Origin: Hydrolagus colliei
Lineage: Eukaryota
Length of the DNA: 64,000 bases
Direction of reading: 5' to 3'
Assembly: GCA_035084275.1 (NCBI GenBank)
Contig: CM068742.1
Coordinates: 100,812,001 to 100,876,000 of the forward strand
Program-made: the position numbers and the translations under genes
Notes under the pieces: model-generated
Database searches by the model: none
Told to the model about the DNA's origin: nothing
Seen by the model: only the letters and a program-made list of their open reading frames with translations
In this document: positions 10,751 to 25,399 of the stretch, in pieces
Layout of the letters: each line of letters opens with the position of its first letter
Numbering within the stretch: the first letter of the stretch is position 1

Positions 10751-13740
10751 ATCAATACCTAAATCCAAAGTGATAAACAACAGCAAAAGACCTTTGTAAC
10801 CTTGCCCCAACCACTTGTGTATGTTTGTATTTGTTGGTGCAGCTTTTCTCACCCCTTTCATTCCCAGCAGTTCTCTCCTCTTGTCTCCCCTCTCGTCCCA
10901 TGCTCATTGTCAAACAGATCTGTTGCCAACTTGTTTGAAGATAAATGTTGAGGGTTTTAATGCTGATTTATTTGCTGGTCTCGATTTTTAGGTGAGTGGT
11001 AAAAATTAAATTCTTTCAGGCCCACAAAACTGTTCCACTAAACTTAGCAATAATTCCTGTGAAGCGCTTTGAGATGTTTCAATTTTCAATGTTGCTGTAA
11101 TGCTTACATTTGCTGTAAAAAATGTAAGCATTATTATTATAGTAACTGGCTAAAATTGATCTTTCCAAATAAATACCAATTTGTCCTTATTCTTTGAACC
11201 ACATTTTCAAATTTGGAGTGAATAAGAATAGGGTGGAAAGTTTTGATTACAGACAGATGCTAATGGGGGGGAGATCTGTTCTGATGAGCCAGAAATTCCA
11301 GATAAGTGTAATTATGCAGCTGGTAATGTAAAAAATTAATATGCAGTGCAGGAAAATGGCAGTAATGTTGGTAAAATCTCACCCCCTCTGACAGCAGAGG
11401 AAGGACGGTGAAGCAGGAAGCTGTGAGCATCACTTGGGTTGCTCAGCCTGGCGTTAGCGATTTGAATTGGCGGGAATCCCTGTAATTATGAAATTGATGA
11501 AAATTGCAGTAGATACCTAAATACCATGTAAACAACACCACTATTGTCCCCCCTCTGTGCCGTCTGACTATCTGATGTGTCTTATTGGTTGAACAAGAGG
11601 CTTTCAGTGGTCATTGGAATTACGACCCAGGGAACATAGGGATTGATTGCTACATCACGGGAGGCCGGCTTCATTCCCATTCTGTAGTAACACTGTGCAG
11701 TCTATACAAGTTATCAGAACTCACTGCAGTTAGTGAAGCACAATTTGAGTCACCAGTTGGAAAATGACCAATGGCTTACAAGAAATAAGAAGCCTGGAAC
11801 TGAAGGCAAAGTACTGCAGATGCTGGAACTGAATTTGGATGGATTTAGGTTGAAACTTGATACCAATTCTTTTTGAGCTGTTTCATATTTTCTGACTTTT
11901 CATTTATTTTTGCACGGAATTGTGAGATCTGTCCAGTGCTCAGTGATGGCACTTATGTAACTGTGTGAATGACAAAGAGTTTAAAATATCAGCACTAAGC
12001 ATCAACAAGCACAACTGAAAGCTTTCTCAGTAAATTTAAATATGCTTCAGTGAGCAGCAGTGTAGTGTCAGCGATCTTAGGAACCATGTACTAAATGCAA
12101 AAGCACTCCCATCCTGACTGTGACTTGAGCTGATTTGTCCACAGGGATGGACAAATTACAGGCACTAAAAGATCTGGTGTTTGGGAGGAGGCGAGGAAAA
12201 GCCTGGAAAATTCCACTTGCTGTCATCATTCCACCCAGTATGATATACATTTTAACAGAGGTGACACAAAACGGGAAAGCAATTGAATGCTCTGATTCAG
12301 AGCAGCCATCATTGGGCTAGGTTTTGTTGGTTTGCTGCACTCTGAGAAGAATTATTTGTATCCCTAGTTTTCTTCTGTTAAGTTGAAGCCAGGATCCTAT
12401 GAAGAAGCATTCTAACTGTGGTGCTCTGCGAGCCAGCAAACCTATTGGCAGCTTCAGGCTCAATCTCAACAACTTGCACATATACTGTATTTAGCACCCG
12501 TCATGTAACATCACAGAACTAGTTACAACAATTGTGACTAACACATGTCTTTATTCAGAGCATTCTGAAGATGTGGAGCGCTCTGCCTCACAAACCTGTA
12601 CAGATGAAATCAACAGGAATGTATAAAAGAAACTTAGACAGATATTTGGGTAATAAACTATAGCAAGAGAGCAGGAATTGGGATTAAAAGATCCTGCAAA
12701 ATTTAATAATCTGGTAAAACAGGCTGAATGGCCTATTTCTATTTATCTTAAGTTCCCAACAAACCTCCATTATCAGATATCAAATCACACATCACAATTT
12801 TCATCCTATAATACCTTATCAGGTTGACCTGTCTCCAAAATGTCCTTACGTTGAGTTGCTTTGAATTACAGTACATTGAATGTTAAGCAGGCAAATATAG
12901 CAGCTAATGTGCCCTATCAATATCACACAAATGATGACGAGATGAATGACCAACTAATCTAGGACTGTTTGATGAGGAAAGAGTATCAACCAGGACCCTG
13001 TGACAATGCTCTGCGTTTCTTTGCAAGAGTGCCATAAGATCTTTACCATATCATCATGAAGACATCATCTCTTGACAATGGAGGTACCAGTGCCTTGGGA
13101 TTTCCTCCTGACATGAAAGGCAGTCTATAAATGTAATTTTGTTGATTTTGTTCCTTCACTGCTATGTTGGAGAATCACTTTAGTGTTCAGCTCAAGTTCT
13201 CAATCCACAATCTTCTTATCGAAAGATAAAACTGATACCAACATAGATGACTAGGTTCTCCAGCTTTGATTCCACACATAATGAGGGAGGCACCTGATAT
13301 GAAGCAAAAATTTGCATGTCTAAAGTTAATACTGTATCACGCTTCTCACTTTTACCTGAAGTTTCCAGCGTATAGTGCACTCTTAATGTCTAGCAGTGTT
13401 CTAGCTATCACAGGAAACCATCTGAGAGCCTTTGCTGGCTTCAAGTGCAGAAAACAATGTCAGTGGTGACCTGGCTTCCTCTGACCAATTGTCTTATTTT
13501 TATTTTGGATGTGGACCCAAATCACCTCATTATAACGGGGTGGTTGACTGGTAATTTCATGTAAAGCAAAAACTCTGTTGCAACTGATGGCAAATGTTCC
13601 TAGGTCTTGTCTACTGTTTGACATTTCTGTTCAACTACATAGATGCATCTGTTGAAATGAAGGCTCACACTGATGTTTTGCTCATGCCCATCCCATCTTT
13701 CAAAAACACCCTCCCAACTATGTCCCCTCAGCCACCATCA

Positions 13741-13778
13741 CCCCCCCCCCCCCTACCCCCCCCCCCCCCCCCCCCCCC
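13741..13778. repeat. Poly-C tract
   Basis: Nearly pure C run with one 'ta' interruption. Confidence 0.9.
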
Positions 13779-14138
13779 ATCACAACAGCATCAAGCTACT
13801 TCTTAAATTAATCTAGTGTCCTGGCCTCTAATACCTTTCCTGGTAACCTGTTTCGGTCGTTGATTACCCTCTGAGTCAAGAAAAACTTCCTGGTGTTTGT
13901 CCTGAAATTGCCATTTCGAACTCTGAACTTATGTCCTCTTGTTCTGCCATCATGATATATCCCAAGTATTGATCTGGATTGAGTTTTTCAATTCCATTTA
14001 AAATCTTTATCATTTTGATGAGGTCTGCTCTGAGATGTGCTCGACAATAAATTACTGTTTATTCATGTGAGCACCTCGTGAAAGATTCTGGGCATCGTTT
14101 TTGTTGGGCTTCTATTGAAACTCCCACAAATAGTTTAA

Positions 14139-14164
14139 AATCAATCAATCAATCAATCAATCAA
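14139..14164. repeat. (AATC)n microsatellite forming the tail of a short minus-strand L2 end
   Basis: aatcaatcaatcaatcaatcaatcaa followed by tatagtgcctttcacgtc. Confidence 0.85.
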
Positions 14165-16258
14165 AACTTACATGTATATAGTGCCTTTCACGTCGAGAGG
14201 ACGTCCCAAGGCGCTGTACAGTTAGGTAGGGACAAGAGCAGGGAAGGGGGGGGGTCAAGGCAGGATGAAGATGAGTAGGAAAATTGACTGTATATTTGTG
14301 GGCGAAAATAAAATGTAGATACCTCAGAGCAAAACAGCTTTTACTGTACCATTAAATACTTGCTTCTAAAAAAGTCACAGTAAATCTATCAATTCTCATT
14401 TTTTTAATGCCCTTTTTGAGGGTTTTTTTTAAAAAGAGACCTTTTCCCTACACGTGGTGTGTCAATATAAATGGCACATCTTCCGTTTGTGAGAGGGGAA
14501 AGGAATTTGTTTTTACTATTGCTGAACAAATAACTGAACCAGTACTGAATCCATCTGCATTGCAAAGGGCTTTCAGCCAGTTGAAAGTCTACGCTCAGTC
14601 AGTCATGGATAATGCTACATTCATAGGCTTATACTTGTTTTTCTAGGTGGAACAGTGTTGTTAGTGGACAACTACTGTGAAAAAACACCTCTTTTCTGTT
14701 TGCTCATACATAGAGGATTTCAGCACTGGGTAACATGGCCCTGAAGGTCACATGTGTAGAAAGTTGCCTTTGGCTTGAAGCAAGGTAATCTCATATTGCA
14801 GAAAACATTAAACTCAACTGTTCATTTGATCTGAACTTTAGCCCCGTGATATGAGGATGTTTTTGTAGCGAAAGATAAACTCTGACTCTGTGCACGATTT
14901 CAATATTCATCACTGTGGGCACAAACAAGGTTTCACACGGTGGGGTGCGGGGGTGGGGGGAATTCAACCTGCTGCACACATCTATATTATTGAACAACCG
15001 CAATACCATGCTTACCATTTAGGAGATGCTGAGTAAGCCAGATGGACTTGAGCAGTTTGCATGGGTTTCTAGTCACTCCAACAGGCAGCACTTAAAATAT
15101 CAGATTTTTATTTGACTGTCTGCCATCAGAATTGTGCAAAACATTACAAGATCCTACGGCACGTAGAGAAAAAAGGAGTTTCTCCCAGGGTGCTGACCAG
15201 CAGTGCTCCAGAAATTGCTTATTCACTGCTTGGTTGGTTATGTAACTCAGTTTGTGTGACTTGCTGACATGTTGGCCATCCAAACAGTCACTACATATGA
15301 TAGTAATCACTTGTGAAGCACTTGGAGATGTAAATTTTATAGCGCTCAATTGTGTTGACACGTTTCCTTATATACGTTGAACAACTGTCACTGGTATTGC
15401 AGATAAAGAGTTTGCGTGAGACTCAGATAATGATCCAGGCTTGTTGCAGTAGAATTATGGAGATGAACATTTTTAGTAACTAACCAGTATCTACTAAGAT
15501 TATCCTTTTGGGCTGAGGTGTGGGGGAGTAAAGTATGGTCTGTTTGGGGCTGATTTTCACGGTTCACAGTAACTTGCCTGGCAGTTAAATATCAGAATTG
15601 AGTTGATCCTGTTTGGCAGTCCTGTCTGATAGCTGTACCAGACATTGCTGCATTCCAAGGCATGTCTGCTGTATTTCAAGGCACCATTGATAATCGGCTG
15701 GCCTTTCTGTGCTGTTAGTAAAACTTGGAGGGACCAGACTCATCACTGGAAGCAGGGTTTCCTCCCACTTGGCTTCAGGTAACCTGTAACCCAAAGCCCT
15801 AATAGCTAGGATGAACCTAATTGCATAGAAAGTTGGAAGCTTGCCAGGGTTAGCAATGGCGAGCTGCATAGTTTTTGCTGGTTAAACATCTGGTCATACC
15901 CCAGCACACACTCTGTGTCCCCAACCTTTAACTCTCACCTTTAACAGTGTTGCAGGTGTTAAACTATTATTTATAAAATCAAGTTTTTCAGTGTAACAGT
16001 ATATGGTGTCACATATTCTAATCTATTTGTATGTACAGGTGATAATGATTGATTATGGTTACCATACATTTACTTAATGTAATAAGAAGATTCCTTTATA
16101 TGGACTCAAAGAAAACGTCACTAAAGCTAATGAACATCACAGATTAGTTCCTTTTGAATATCATTAATCAAGTTAATTTCCAAGAATTCTGAAAGCAGAT
16201 TCCTTTCGACAACCTGAAGTGTGTCACACAAATTTAGGCAACCTCGCTCCCAAGATGG

Positions 16259-16940
16259 AACATAAGAACATAAGAAATATGAGCAGGAGTAAGCCAAAAA
16301 GGCCCCTTGAGCCTGCCCTGCCATTCAATAAGATCATGGCTGTTCTTCTAACCTAATTCCATTTAAGTTATCTCCATATCCTTTAATCCCTCTATCGATT
16401 AGAAATCTATCAATCTCAGTCTTGAATATGTTCAAGGATTGAGCATCCACCGCCTTCTGAGCTAAAGAATTCCATAACTTCACTACCTTCTGAGTGAAGC
16501 AATGCTTCCTCAACTCTGTTAGAAAAGGCTGACCCTTAATCTTGAGACTATGACCCCTAGTTTAGATTCTCCAATCAGGGGAAACAGTCTCACACTGTCT
16601 ACTCTGTCATGCCCCTTAATAATCATATAGATTTCTATAAGATCACCTCTAATTCTTCAATATTCTAGAGAATATAGGCCTAAATTACTCAACCTATCCT
16701 CATAGCTCAACCCCCTCATCCCAGGAACCAACCTAGTGAATCTTTTTTATTATTGGAAAGTGCTCTGAGACGCCGTTCGGCGTGGAGGGCACTCTATAAA
16801 TCCAAGTTGTTGCTGTTGAATCTACGCTGCACCCCTCCTAAGACGAGTATGTGTTTTCTTAAATGAGACCAAAACTGCACACAATATTCTAAGTGCGGTC
16901 TCACTAGGGCCCTATACAATTGCAGCAAGACTTCTCTGCC
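16259..16940 (-). mobile_element. Degraded CR1 3' fragment of a different subfamily ((TTCTTATG)n tail), with a short L2-tail insert at about 16745-16815
   Basis: aacataagaacataagaa tail; ORF 16794..17021 contains [18 protein letters not shown]. Confidence 0.8.
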
Positions 16941-19900
16941 TTGGTTGTAATTTTGTATTTTGTATCTGAAAAACATTTTTTTAAATTCAAAATTCATCCA
17001 ATTGTTGTGCCCACATTTCAAACAAGGAAAAAATTTGCTTTGGATGTAGAAAGATTGGAAGGAATTGAACCTCTGAAGGTGGAGTGGATGTATTGAATAT
17101 CAGGAAAAGTCTCTTGTTTGCCCACAAATACACAGTCAGCAGTTACTTGCTACAAGATCACAAGATTAGTTTGGACGAAGAAGGTCCTTCAGTCCACCTG
17201 ATCCCCTTCCAGCATACTAACCCAATCATCAATCTAGTACAGCATCAAACTGTTTTTAAATGTCCGGTGCTCCAGCCTCAACCAACCTTCTGGCAACCTG
17301 CTCCTAATCATGAAGAGGTGCCTTAAGACACTGGTACAATATCAAATGCAAAGACTATTGTTATTTTGTTTTAACAAGCACTGGAATGTCAGATGTATTT
17401 AAAATATTTATTCTACCTTTCAGTCTGGTTGATGAAAGCGTGGTGCTTTTTCAGCGCCTTGCAACGTCCTCCCGACATGAACGGCATTTTACAAATGTAA
17501 TTTTGTTGTTGTTTTTACCAATTACATTAATAGATATGACAAACCTTTGAAGGATCTGAAACAGAGTTCCATTACCCAGACCTTTCATTCATTGCTGTCC
17601 TCCACATGACATTATTGCAAATTGTTTTCAGTCTTTTTTTTCATGAACTGGCAAATAATGTCACACTGACCATAATGGGGAGGGGGTAGAAATGAGTTAT
17701 CTAGCTACAGTGCACTGAGAGAGCATTGATGTGTAGTGTCTGACTCTGACATGCTCACTCAGCAGTCATTCTTGCAGCAATGTTACTACTAAAATGAACT
17801 AATCCCTTCTCCTGAACAGCAGTTAGCAATGCTTTGAGGCGCTAATTAACACAAACTTAATGAAGGCACTAATCTGTATTAAGTTAAATCCCTCAAGAAT
17901 TTGACAGAGGAATTTTTAATGGAACAAAGTTGAAGTAATAAGCACAAGTCTTCTTACAAATGCCTGCTGTGACATTTATGGAATGCACTGTGTAATTAAA
18001 TTCCTTCAGCATTTCAGTTGATGGAGGCTTAAGAAACTTCTGGACTATTGTATTTCTCTTATGTTTCCTAAATGAGCTGTTTGTTTTTCTATATACCATT
18101 TTTTGTTTCAAGTTCTTGGTTTAAAATGTGCTTTGATTCAAGTTCTTGTTTTAAAAGGTGTTGTGGTAGACAATTTGGACGATAATGTATTTAGTTCACC
18201 GACTGTACAGCTTGCTTTGATTTTTATTGGTTGCACAGAAATCCATCAACACGCTTAAAAGTATCCTAGCCAACAACAACAGCCAAATTTGTATAGCACC
18301 TTTCACATTAGGAGGATTCCCAAGGCAGAGTTCCACATATGTATGCCACCTAAACAAGTAGATTTCCCTTTGTTTGAAATGGTATGCTCACTTTAGGAAC
18401 AAGAATCGCATGTTCTTGTAGGAATGCATACTGCTTACCTAATTATGGAATGTATTGGATGTAGGTTGCCATGGCTTGGGGTCCCCAGAGGGGTGTACCA
18501 GTGGAGTTTAAGCAGCACATTGAGAGTGCTGTCTGGCACTCGTCCTGCTGTTTGTCCAGCTCGAACAATCTAATCAGTTAGAGCTTTGAATTGGAAGGTT
18601 AACAGAAGCTGAGTGGGAAAAAAACCCCAGTCATCAACAACTGATCTGGTTTGGATAATAATATGGAAATAGGCTTCCACATGTGTCAGACACAAATTGC
18701 TCAACAAATGACTTTACTGAACCTGACATGGGAGGGTTTAATTCAGACACTGACTGACCAAGAATGCACAAACATCCATCCCCGTTCATTGAAGAGCACA
18801 GATTTCACCCAAAAAGTTTGATACACTTACAGATGAAATAAACCAAACCAAAAATCCTTTTTTTTTACTAAACTGACATTGGTGCATTCATCTCTGTGGT
18901 TACACGTCTGGAGGAAACAGGGTTATTATTCATTATTATTAATTACTATTAATACCAATTAGTATTAGTTAACATTTTTCTTGCTTCACACAGTGTGATA
19001 TTTGCAGGGTAGTTCTTCACTTATAGGCACAACAAGTTACAACTGCATCCCCTGAGGAAAGCACTTTGGTCATTAAAACTCAAAGTAGATCTTTAACTTT
19101 GTGCAGGTGGTGAACTGAGGCTGATCTCTTAAAAAGGGAGTTTTTTTTAGACTATTTGTCTAGACTATTTGCCTAGCCTTTTTCTTCACTCTGCTCTGCA
19201 TTATATTCCTCACAAAGAGATTGGGTCCAATATTGTGACGGAGCATTCTCATTAGGTGTACATGATCACATGTTCCCAAATTAACAGGGTTTGACAATCA
19301 CACCAGGAGGAGGTGCAGGAAGAGACGGAAAAGGTTAAAAATAAAATAGACCAAAGAGGAAAGGAGAAATACTTATGTCGAGAACACAATGATAGACCCA
19401 CTTTCTATGATGCTTTCGCAAATGCTCCTTTAGATACCGAAAATATTTAAAAACTCCTTATTTGTATTTAGTGAAGCAGTTTTATTGTATATAGATCGAC
19501 CTGGCTCAGTCGGTAATACTCTTGTAACTCAGTTAGAAGATTGTCAAACTGGGGCTTTGAATTCACAGTCTAAGCTAAGAAGATTAATACTTTAGGATGT
19601 ATCTAAGCTCTCTGAGATACTACCCTGCCTGGAGGGCGTCATGCAAGTGCAACATTTTGTTGTATCTTGACAGTAGAACATGAGGAAACAGATTTAGAGA
19701 CGTAAAGGACAACTTCAGAATAGACACCAGGAAAGTTTTCTTAATGTTGAGAAAATTGATGATTGGAACAGGTTGCCAGGAAAATTGGTAGAGGCCAGAA
19801 GTTAACCCATTTAAACAACAGTTTGATGTAATGATGCAGGATTGATGCAGAAGGATAGGATGAGTGTTCTGGAAGGATGAGATCAGATGGGCTGATGGAC

Positions 19901-22900
19901 CTTTTTCATTAAGCCCAATCTTGTGATATTGTGACACTTCATTGCAATACCAAGGATGCGCTACATTGCCAGAGGTGCCATTGTTTAGATGAGATGATAA
20001 ACCAAGCGCTCATCTGCCTGTCCAGGTGGACATTAAAGATCAATGGCTATATTCAAAAGAGAAGAAAGTTTTCTTAACCAACAAAACTCCAATTGGTTAT
20101 TACCTTGATGGCTGTTTGTGGGATATGGCTGCCTGCAAATTGGCTGCCATGTTTTCCTAAAAACAATACAGCTTCAACATGTTACAGTAAATCCAGTAAA
20201 GTGCCTTAAGACATCTCTCTGATGGGAAAGGATATAATAATAATAATAATCCTTGCATTTGATATAGTGCTTTTCACGTCTTATCGACGTCTCAAAGCGC
20301 TTCACAGAATATACTGTAAAGTGAATTGACTGTATATTTGTGGGCATAACTATATAAATTGATTTCATGTGTGCATGCAACATCTGAATGTTGCTTTAGT
20401 AGCAACCAGTTGAGTTAAACCAGCATCTGAGTTTTAGATGATGAAATCTAGCATTCACCCCATTTGGGACTACAGAGATCTCAGGGCTCAAGCCTTTGAT
20501 CTGAAGCTCTCCTCACTTCTGGCCATACAGATCCAGCATTACAAACACAATCTCTATTGTTGTCTAAACAATTGGTGGGGGTGGTGGTGCATAGAAGAGG
20601 TTGGGAGAGAGAGTTTTCCATTAAATTTATTGCTGATGTCCAGTTTATAAAGCTACTGAGAAAATTTATCCTATAAAATGCTAAGAGTAAGCATTCAAAT
20701 GCTTCTTTTATTTTAAATCACTTTGTTCAGCTAAATTCAGGCTTACTACGGTACTTTAATTAATCCTATGAGCAAAGTGTTTAAAGTATTTAAGTATTTC
20801 TACCATAATGATTTATTTTCCCCAAAACACAAAGCTTTCCATTTTGCCTGGCTGAATGTATTTATCTTCTGGGTTTTGACCATTATGAGTGCCCCTACCT
20901 TCAACAACAACAACAAAATTACATTTATAGAGCTCCTTTCACGTTGGGAGAACGTCCCTTCAGCTTCTGTTGGTTTCAGTCGAACACATTATCAGGAGCT
21001 GTGCAGACTCATTTTGTTCTTTCTTCCCACTCTATCAATAATGTTCTTCACTCATCTCCTGACAGCACTAACCCATGCTGGGATATTCCATCAGGCCCAG
21101 ATATATATATACGGTTAAGTTTATAGCGTGCAGTACGCCAGAAGTATTTTTACTGTAGCCAGTTTTGGCCAAACATTTTGTAGCCAGTGTTGGCCCAAAC
21201 AAATAATTGTTTTCTTGATTGTATACAGTATTTCTTTATTTATGGCCACACCATAAATATCACTATTCAGGATCCAGTGGAACTAAATATTGATTTAACA
21301 CCAATCTACCTAGACTGATGCAAATGTTCAGTAGGTCACTTCTTGATGTCCCCAAGAGCTGACTTTGGCCCACAGTCTATGGGTTTACCACCACTGCTGT
21401 AGATTCAGCACAAAGCAGGAATTGAACATGGGACCTTCATGGTCGAAATGGCTTAGTGCCACAGTTCAGCAGTGAATTCACCAATTGAGACATCAGTGGA
21501 CCCCAAATTAATTTTTAGTGAGCCTCAAACAAGCAGCGGGGAATTTAATTTGTGATTACAGGAAATGAGAGCAAACACATGTCATCGAGGATGTGTATTC
21601 CTCAGGCTCTCTACAGAAATAGATTTTCAGCACATGAAGAATTGCTGTCACAGGCCTCATCAAATGGTCAATAGTGCATTAAAAAACCGGCGCAACAAGC
21701 ATTCAGAGATTGGGCTAATTGGTCCATCAAAGTACTTTCAAGCCATCAGACACACAAATTAATCCTCGTAGGACAACATCACAGAAACGGAGAGAAAAAA
21801 AATTAGTTTAAGATGAGTTGTTTCAAATGGGATTAATTAGACAACAATAAATAAGAGGGGGCCGGCAGCCATAGACCAGAAACAGACTCGAAGAAGAGAG
21901 AGCAGTTTAAATGCAGTATTAGACTCTGTTGCTGTTCCCACTCGGGTTTCTCCTTGAGAGTGGGAAGTGATGTGCCTTTGCCAGTTCTCTGCATAGTGCA
22001 GGGACTGAGAGATGATTTGATTGAGATATTTTAAAATAATGAAAGAAATTGACAAGCGTAGATATGGACAACTCGTCCCTTTGGTAGAGAGATGCATTAC
22101 CAGGTGGTACATCCACAAAAGCTGTTCATGCTGGTTTTGAAAGCAGGGATGTGGGGAGTGAGCAAGGGAGTGAAGCAGAGAGAGTTAGTGAGTGAATTTC
22201 AGAGACTGGGGATAAAGTGGCTGTAAGATCACCACCGATGGTAGGGCATAGGACCTGAAGCAAAGCCTTTCCTCAGGCATGTTTTCTGGTGGGCTGCTTA
22301 TGGACTAGAATGACTGATACCCAGTCGCTTCAAAACCTTCAATAATCCTAAAGTTATGAGGTTCAACCAGTTTAGCCTAAGCAAGATGACACCAACTGGT
22401 TTCACACTGCTCTGTCTACTCATGTCTACTCATACCTGCAATAGACTAGACAAGCTAGTGCTCTTCAGCCTTAAGAAGAAAGGTCTTAGAGAGAAGCTTA
22501 TATTGGTGCAACATTCTCATTACCCCTACCCTTCCCTTCTCCCACCTCTTACCTTTCACACGTTAGCCTGTGTCCTGTTCTTTGGTCTTCTTCCTAATTT
22601 TTCTTCAACTCTTCATCCTCATCTCACCCTCATTTCTCCCCTAAAACCCACCAGCTGCTCAGTTGACCTCCCACTTCCACTCATCTCCTCATGTGTGGCT
22701 TAGACTGAATGGACTTCATGGTAGCTCATTCCAGCTCATAGAGCCAAGGTTAACCAAATCTCTGCAGTCCATGTGCTTTCCCACACAAGGCTCTGAGATC
22801 CCATTAACCCCACCCCTGCCAGGCCGTTCCACTTCTCCTTATTTCCCAATTATATTTCATTGTTACTTTCAAATACCTCAAATACCTTCCTCCACTATAT

Positions 22901-23183
22901 CTCTGTGATCTCCGGCAGTCCTGATGTCCGGCTCACTCCCTTCACTCTGTTAGCTTGGACCAAGCAGATGGTTAATAATAATAATGCTTACATTTTTGAT
23001 ATAGAATCTTCCACGCAAGAAGAACATCTCAAAGTGCACTCTGGTAATGGGCCAGGAGAATGAATATCAGCTAATTTTGTGTGTGTGAGAGACAAATGTC
23101 AGAATTTCAGAAAGGGGAATTCGCAAATAAAATACATTTTCCCCACATGGAGCAGGTTCATAGAGGGTCAGCAGGTCACAGAG

Positions 23184-23754
23184 ATAGAATCATCATAGAA
23201 TCATAGAATGTTATGGCACAGAAGGAGGCCATTCGGCCCATCGAGTCTGTGCCGGCTCTTTGACCGAGCAAGTCACTTTCATTAATCCCAATCACCAGCT
23301 TTCTCCCCATAACCCTGCAAACCCATCTTCCCCAGATACCTATCTAGTTCCCTCTTAAAAGCTGCTATTGAATCGGACCTCACTACCCTTTCAGGCAAAT
23401 CATTCCAAATTCGAACAACTCGCTGAGTAAAAAAATTTCTTCCAACCTCCCCTCTGCTTCTTTTGGTAGATATCTTAAGACTGTGACCACGGGTCACAGA
23501 CACACCTACCAGCGGAAACAGCTTTTCCCTATCTAGCCTGTCGAAACCTTTCATGATCTTGAAGACCTCTATCAAGTCCCCGCGTAACCTTCTCTGCTCT
23601 AATGGGAAAAGTCGTAACTTCTCCAGGCTGTCCTCATAGCTAAGGTTCCACATTCCTGGTATCATTCTCGTGAATCTCCTCTGCACCCTTTCCAGTGCCT
23701 TAATGTCCTTCCTGAAGTAAGGTGCCCAGAACTGGACACAGTACTGCAGCTGAG
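23184..23754 (-). mobile_element. CR1 3' fragment
   Basis: ORF 23282..23812 contains QLQYCVQFWAPYFRKDIKALERVQRRFTRM; catagaat tail. Confidence 0.92.
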
Positions 23755-25399
23755 TGGGCAAGGCCATGGAGGGCCCTGAAAGTGAAGACTTAGCAACCAA
23801 TTGTGTAAGCAATGGCTCACAACAATTTTATTTGGGGATTATTGGCCAGGACACCAGGAGAAACACCTTATTTTTCCGAATATTGCCATGGGATCTTTAA
23901 CATTAATAAGAATAACATTCACTTCAACAGGCAGACGGGACCTTGGTTTAATGTCTTATCCAAAGAACAGTACCTCTGACATTGCAAAACCTATCCCAGT
24001 ACTTATCAGTTTAGATTGTGTAATTCCAAGTCCTGACGTGGGGCTTGAACCCAAAGGAGAGGCACCAGCCATACCTTCCAACATATGAAGGTATCTCTTT
24101 CTATCAGGTAGTGAATATATACTGGGATCATTGGGAAGAAGAGAATGGGAAAACAAGATGAAAGTCGGGTGTTTAAAGGCTCAGACAAGCTATGTGCTTA
24201 CTGTGCACTAATATATAAAATGCTTGTTTGGCTTTGGTCTGAACCATGACCTCTGAACCCCCCACCCCCAATCAAAGGATGAGCTTTCAGCTGCTTTGCC
24301 ACTGCTCGCTGGTGCTGTCTGCTAAAATCTCAATCTCACCCCCTCCGGTCCCCCCGTTTGAAAACTCATCTGAAAGTACAATCTCTTTGGCTGCTTCTTT
24401 GGCCATTCACCCCCATTTCCCATTCTCCTCGTATTCTCACTTCCTTGCATTTGATATAGTGCTTTTCACGTCCACTAGACGTCTCAGAGCACTTCACAGA
24501 ATATCTCTATAAGGCACTTTGAAACATTCTTCCATGGGAAACGTGCGTACTGCATTTAAGTTTTCTTTGTGGCACTGCAGGGGTGGATGACATGTGGGGT
24601 TGTGATAAATTTTAAAACAAGAAAAAATAAAAATCAGACTTGGATCAAAATTCAAGGAGTAAAATGACTGATTGCATCTTTTAACAGAATCGGTGATGAA
24701 CTGGCCTGAAAATATGAATATAGTCATGAGCCTGACCTCAGTATTCTCTATCATGAGACTTGGAGGAGAAACACACCCAGCCATCTTCCTGCACCTGCTA
24801 ATCAAATGAGCTTCAGTTCTTAAACAAGTTCTTAAACAGGCTGATGCCTCTCTCTTACTCTTTCCCTCCAGCCAGGATCTACCCAAAATAAAGATCATAC
24901 ACACATCAAAACATGACCGCCATATCCCAGGCTGTATAGTGGGCGCCTCTTTAATATGAGGCAAGATAGGAAGGCGTCCTGCTGTCCCACCTAATGTTTC
25001 TCCTCAGAGCAAAAGTACGTGGACCTCGTCCAAGGGCAGATCGGGTATCCATGACGACAATTCTTTAGTCTAGTATGCACTGCTTTCAGCATTTTTTCAT
25101 ACATCAACAACTTAGGTGCTGTTTAACAAAGAATTTGAGTTCTTTGCTTATGTATCCTTGCAGCTGTTGAGCTGGCAGGTGTGTGTGGGTTGTGGGGGTG
25201 GGGGCATGGGGAGAGGGCATTTATTCTAAAGCTAATTAAAGTTGAGCTTTCGTTGGTTGATAACCTGTAGAGATTAAAGTAGCTGGTTCGAGAGCTTTAA
25301 ACCAATACTCCTCTTGTTTTCCTAATCTTACTCAGGTACTTGAAAGGGTACGTGATCAGATGATGCCTGGTACAGTACTCAGTGGTTTAATAATATCTG

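Noticed and set aside
9939-10755. Proline- or glycine-rich ORFs of 119-245 aa
   Set aside because: They arise in several frames on both strands from the C-rich minisatellite inside the hAT element; no transposase motifs.
14647-14784. 138-nt exon-like segment (ttctag|GTG...CAAG|gtaatc)
   Set aside because: Stop codons occur in all three frames, the internal ATG gives the wrong phase, and no homology was recognised. It could only be a UTR exon, which is unsupported.
18104-21200. Short tandem duplications near 18105-18160, 19148-19178 and 21154-21200
   Set aside because: Ordinary two-copy slippage duplications with no further structure.
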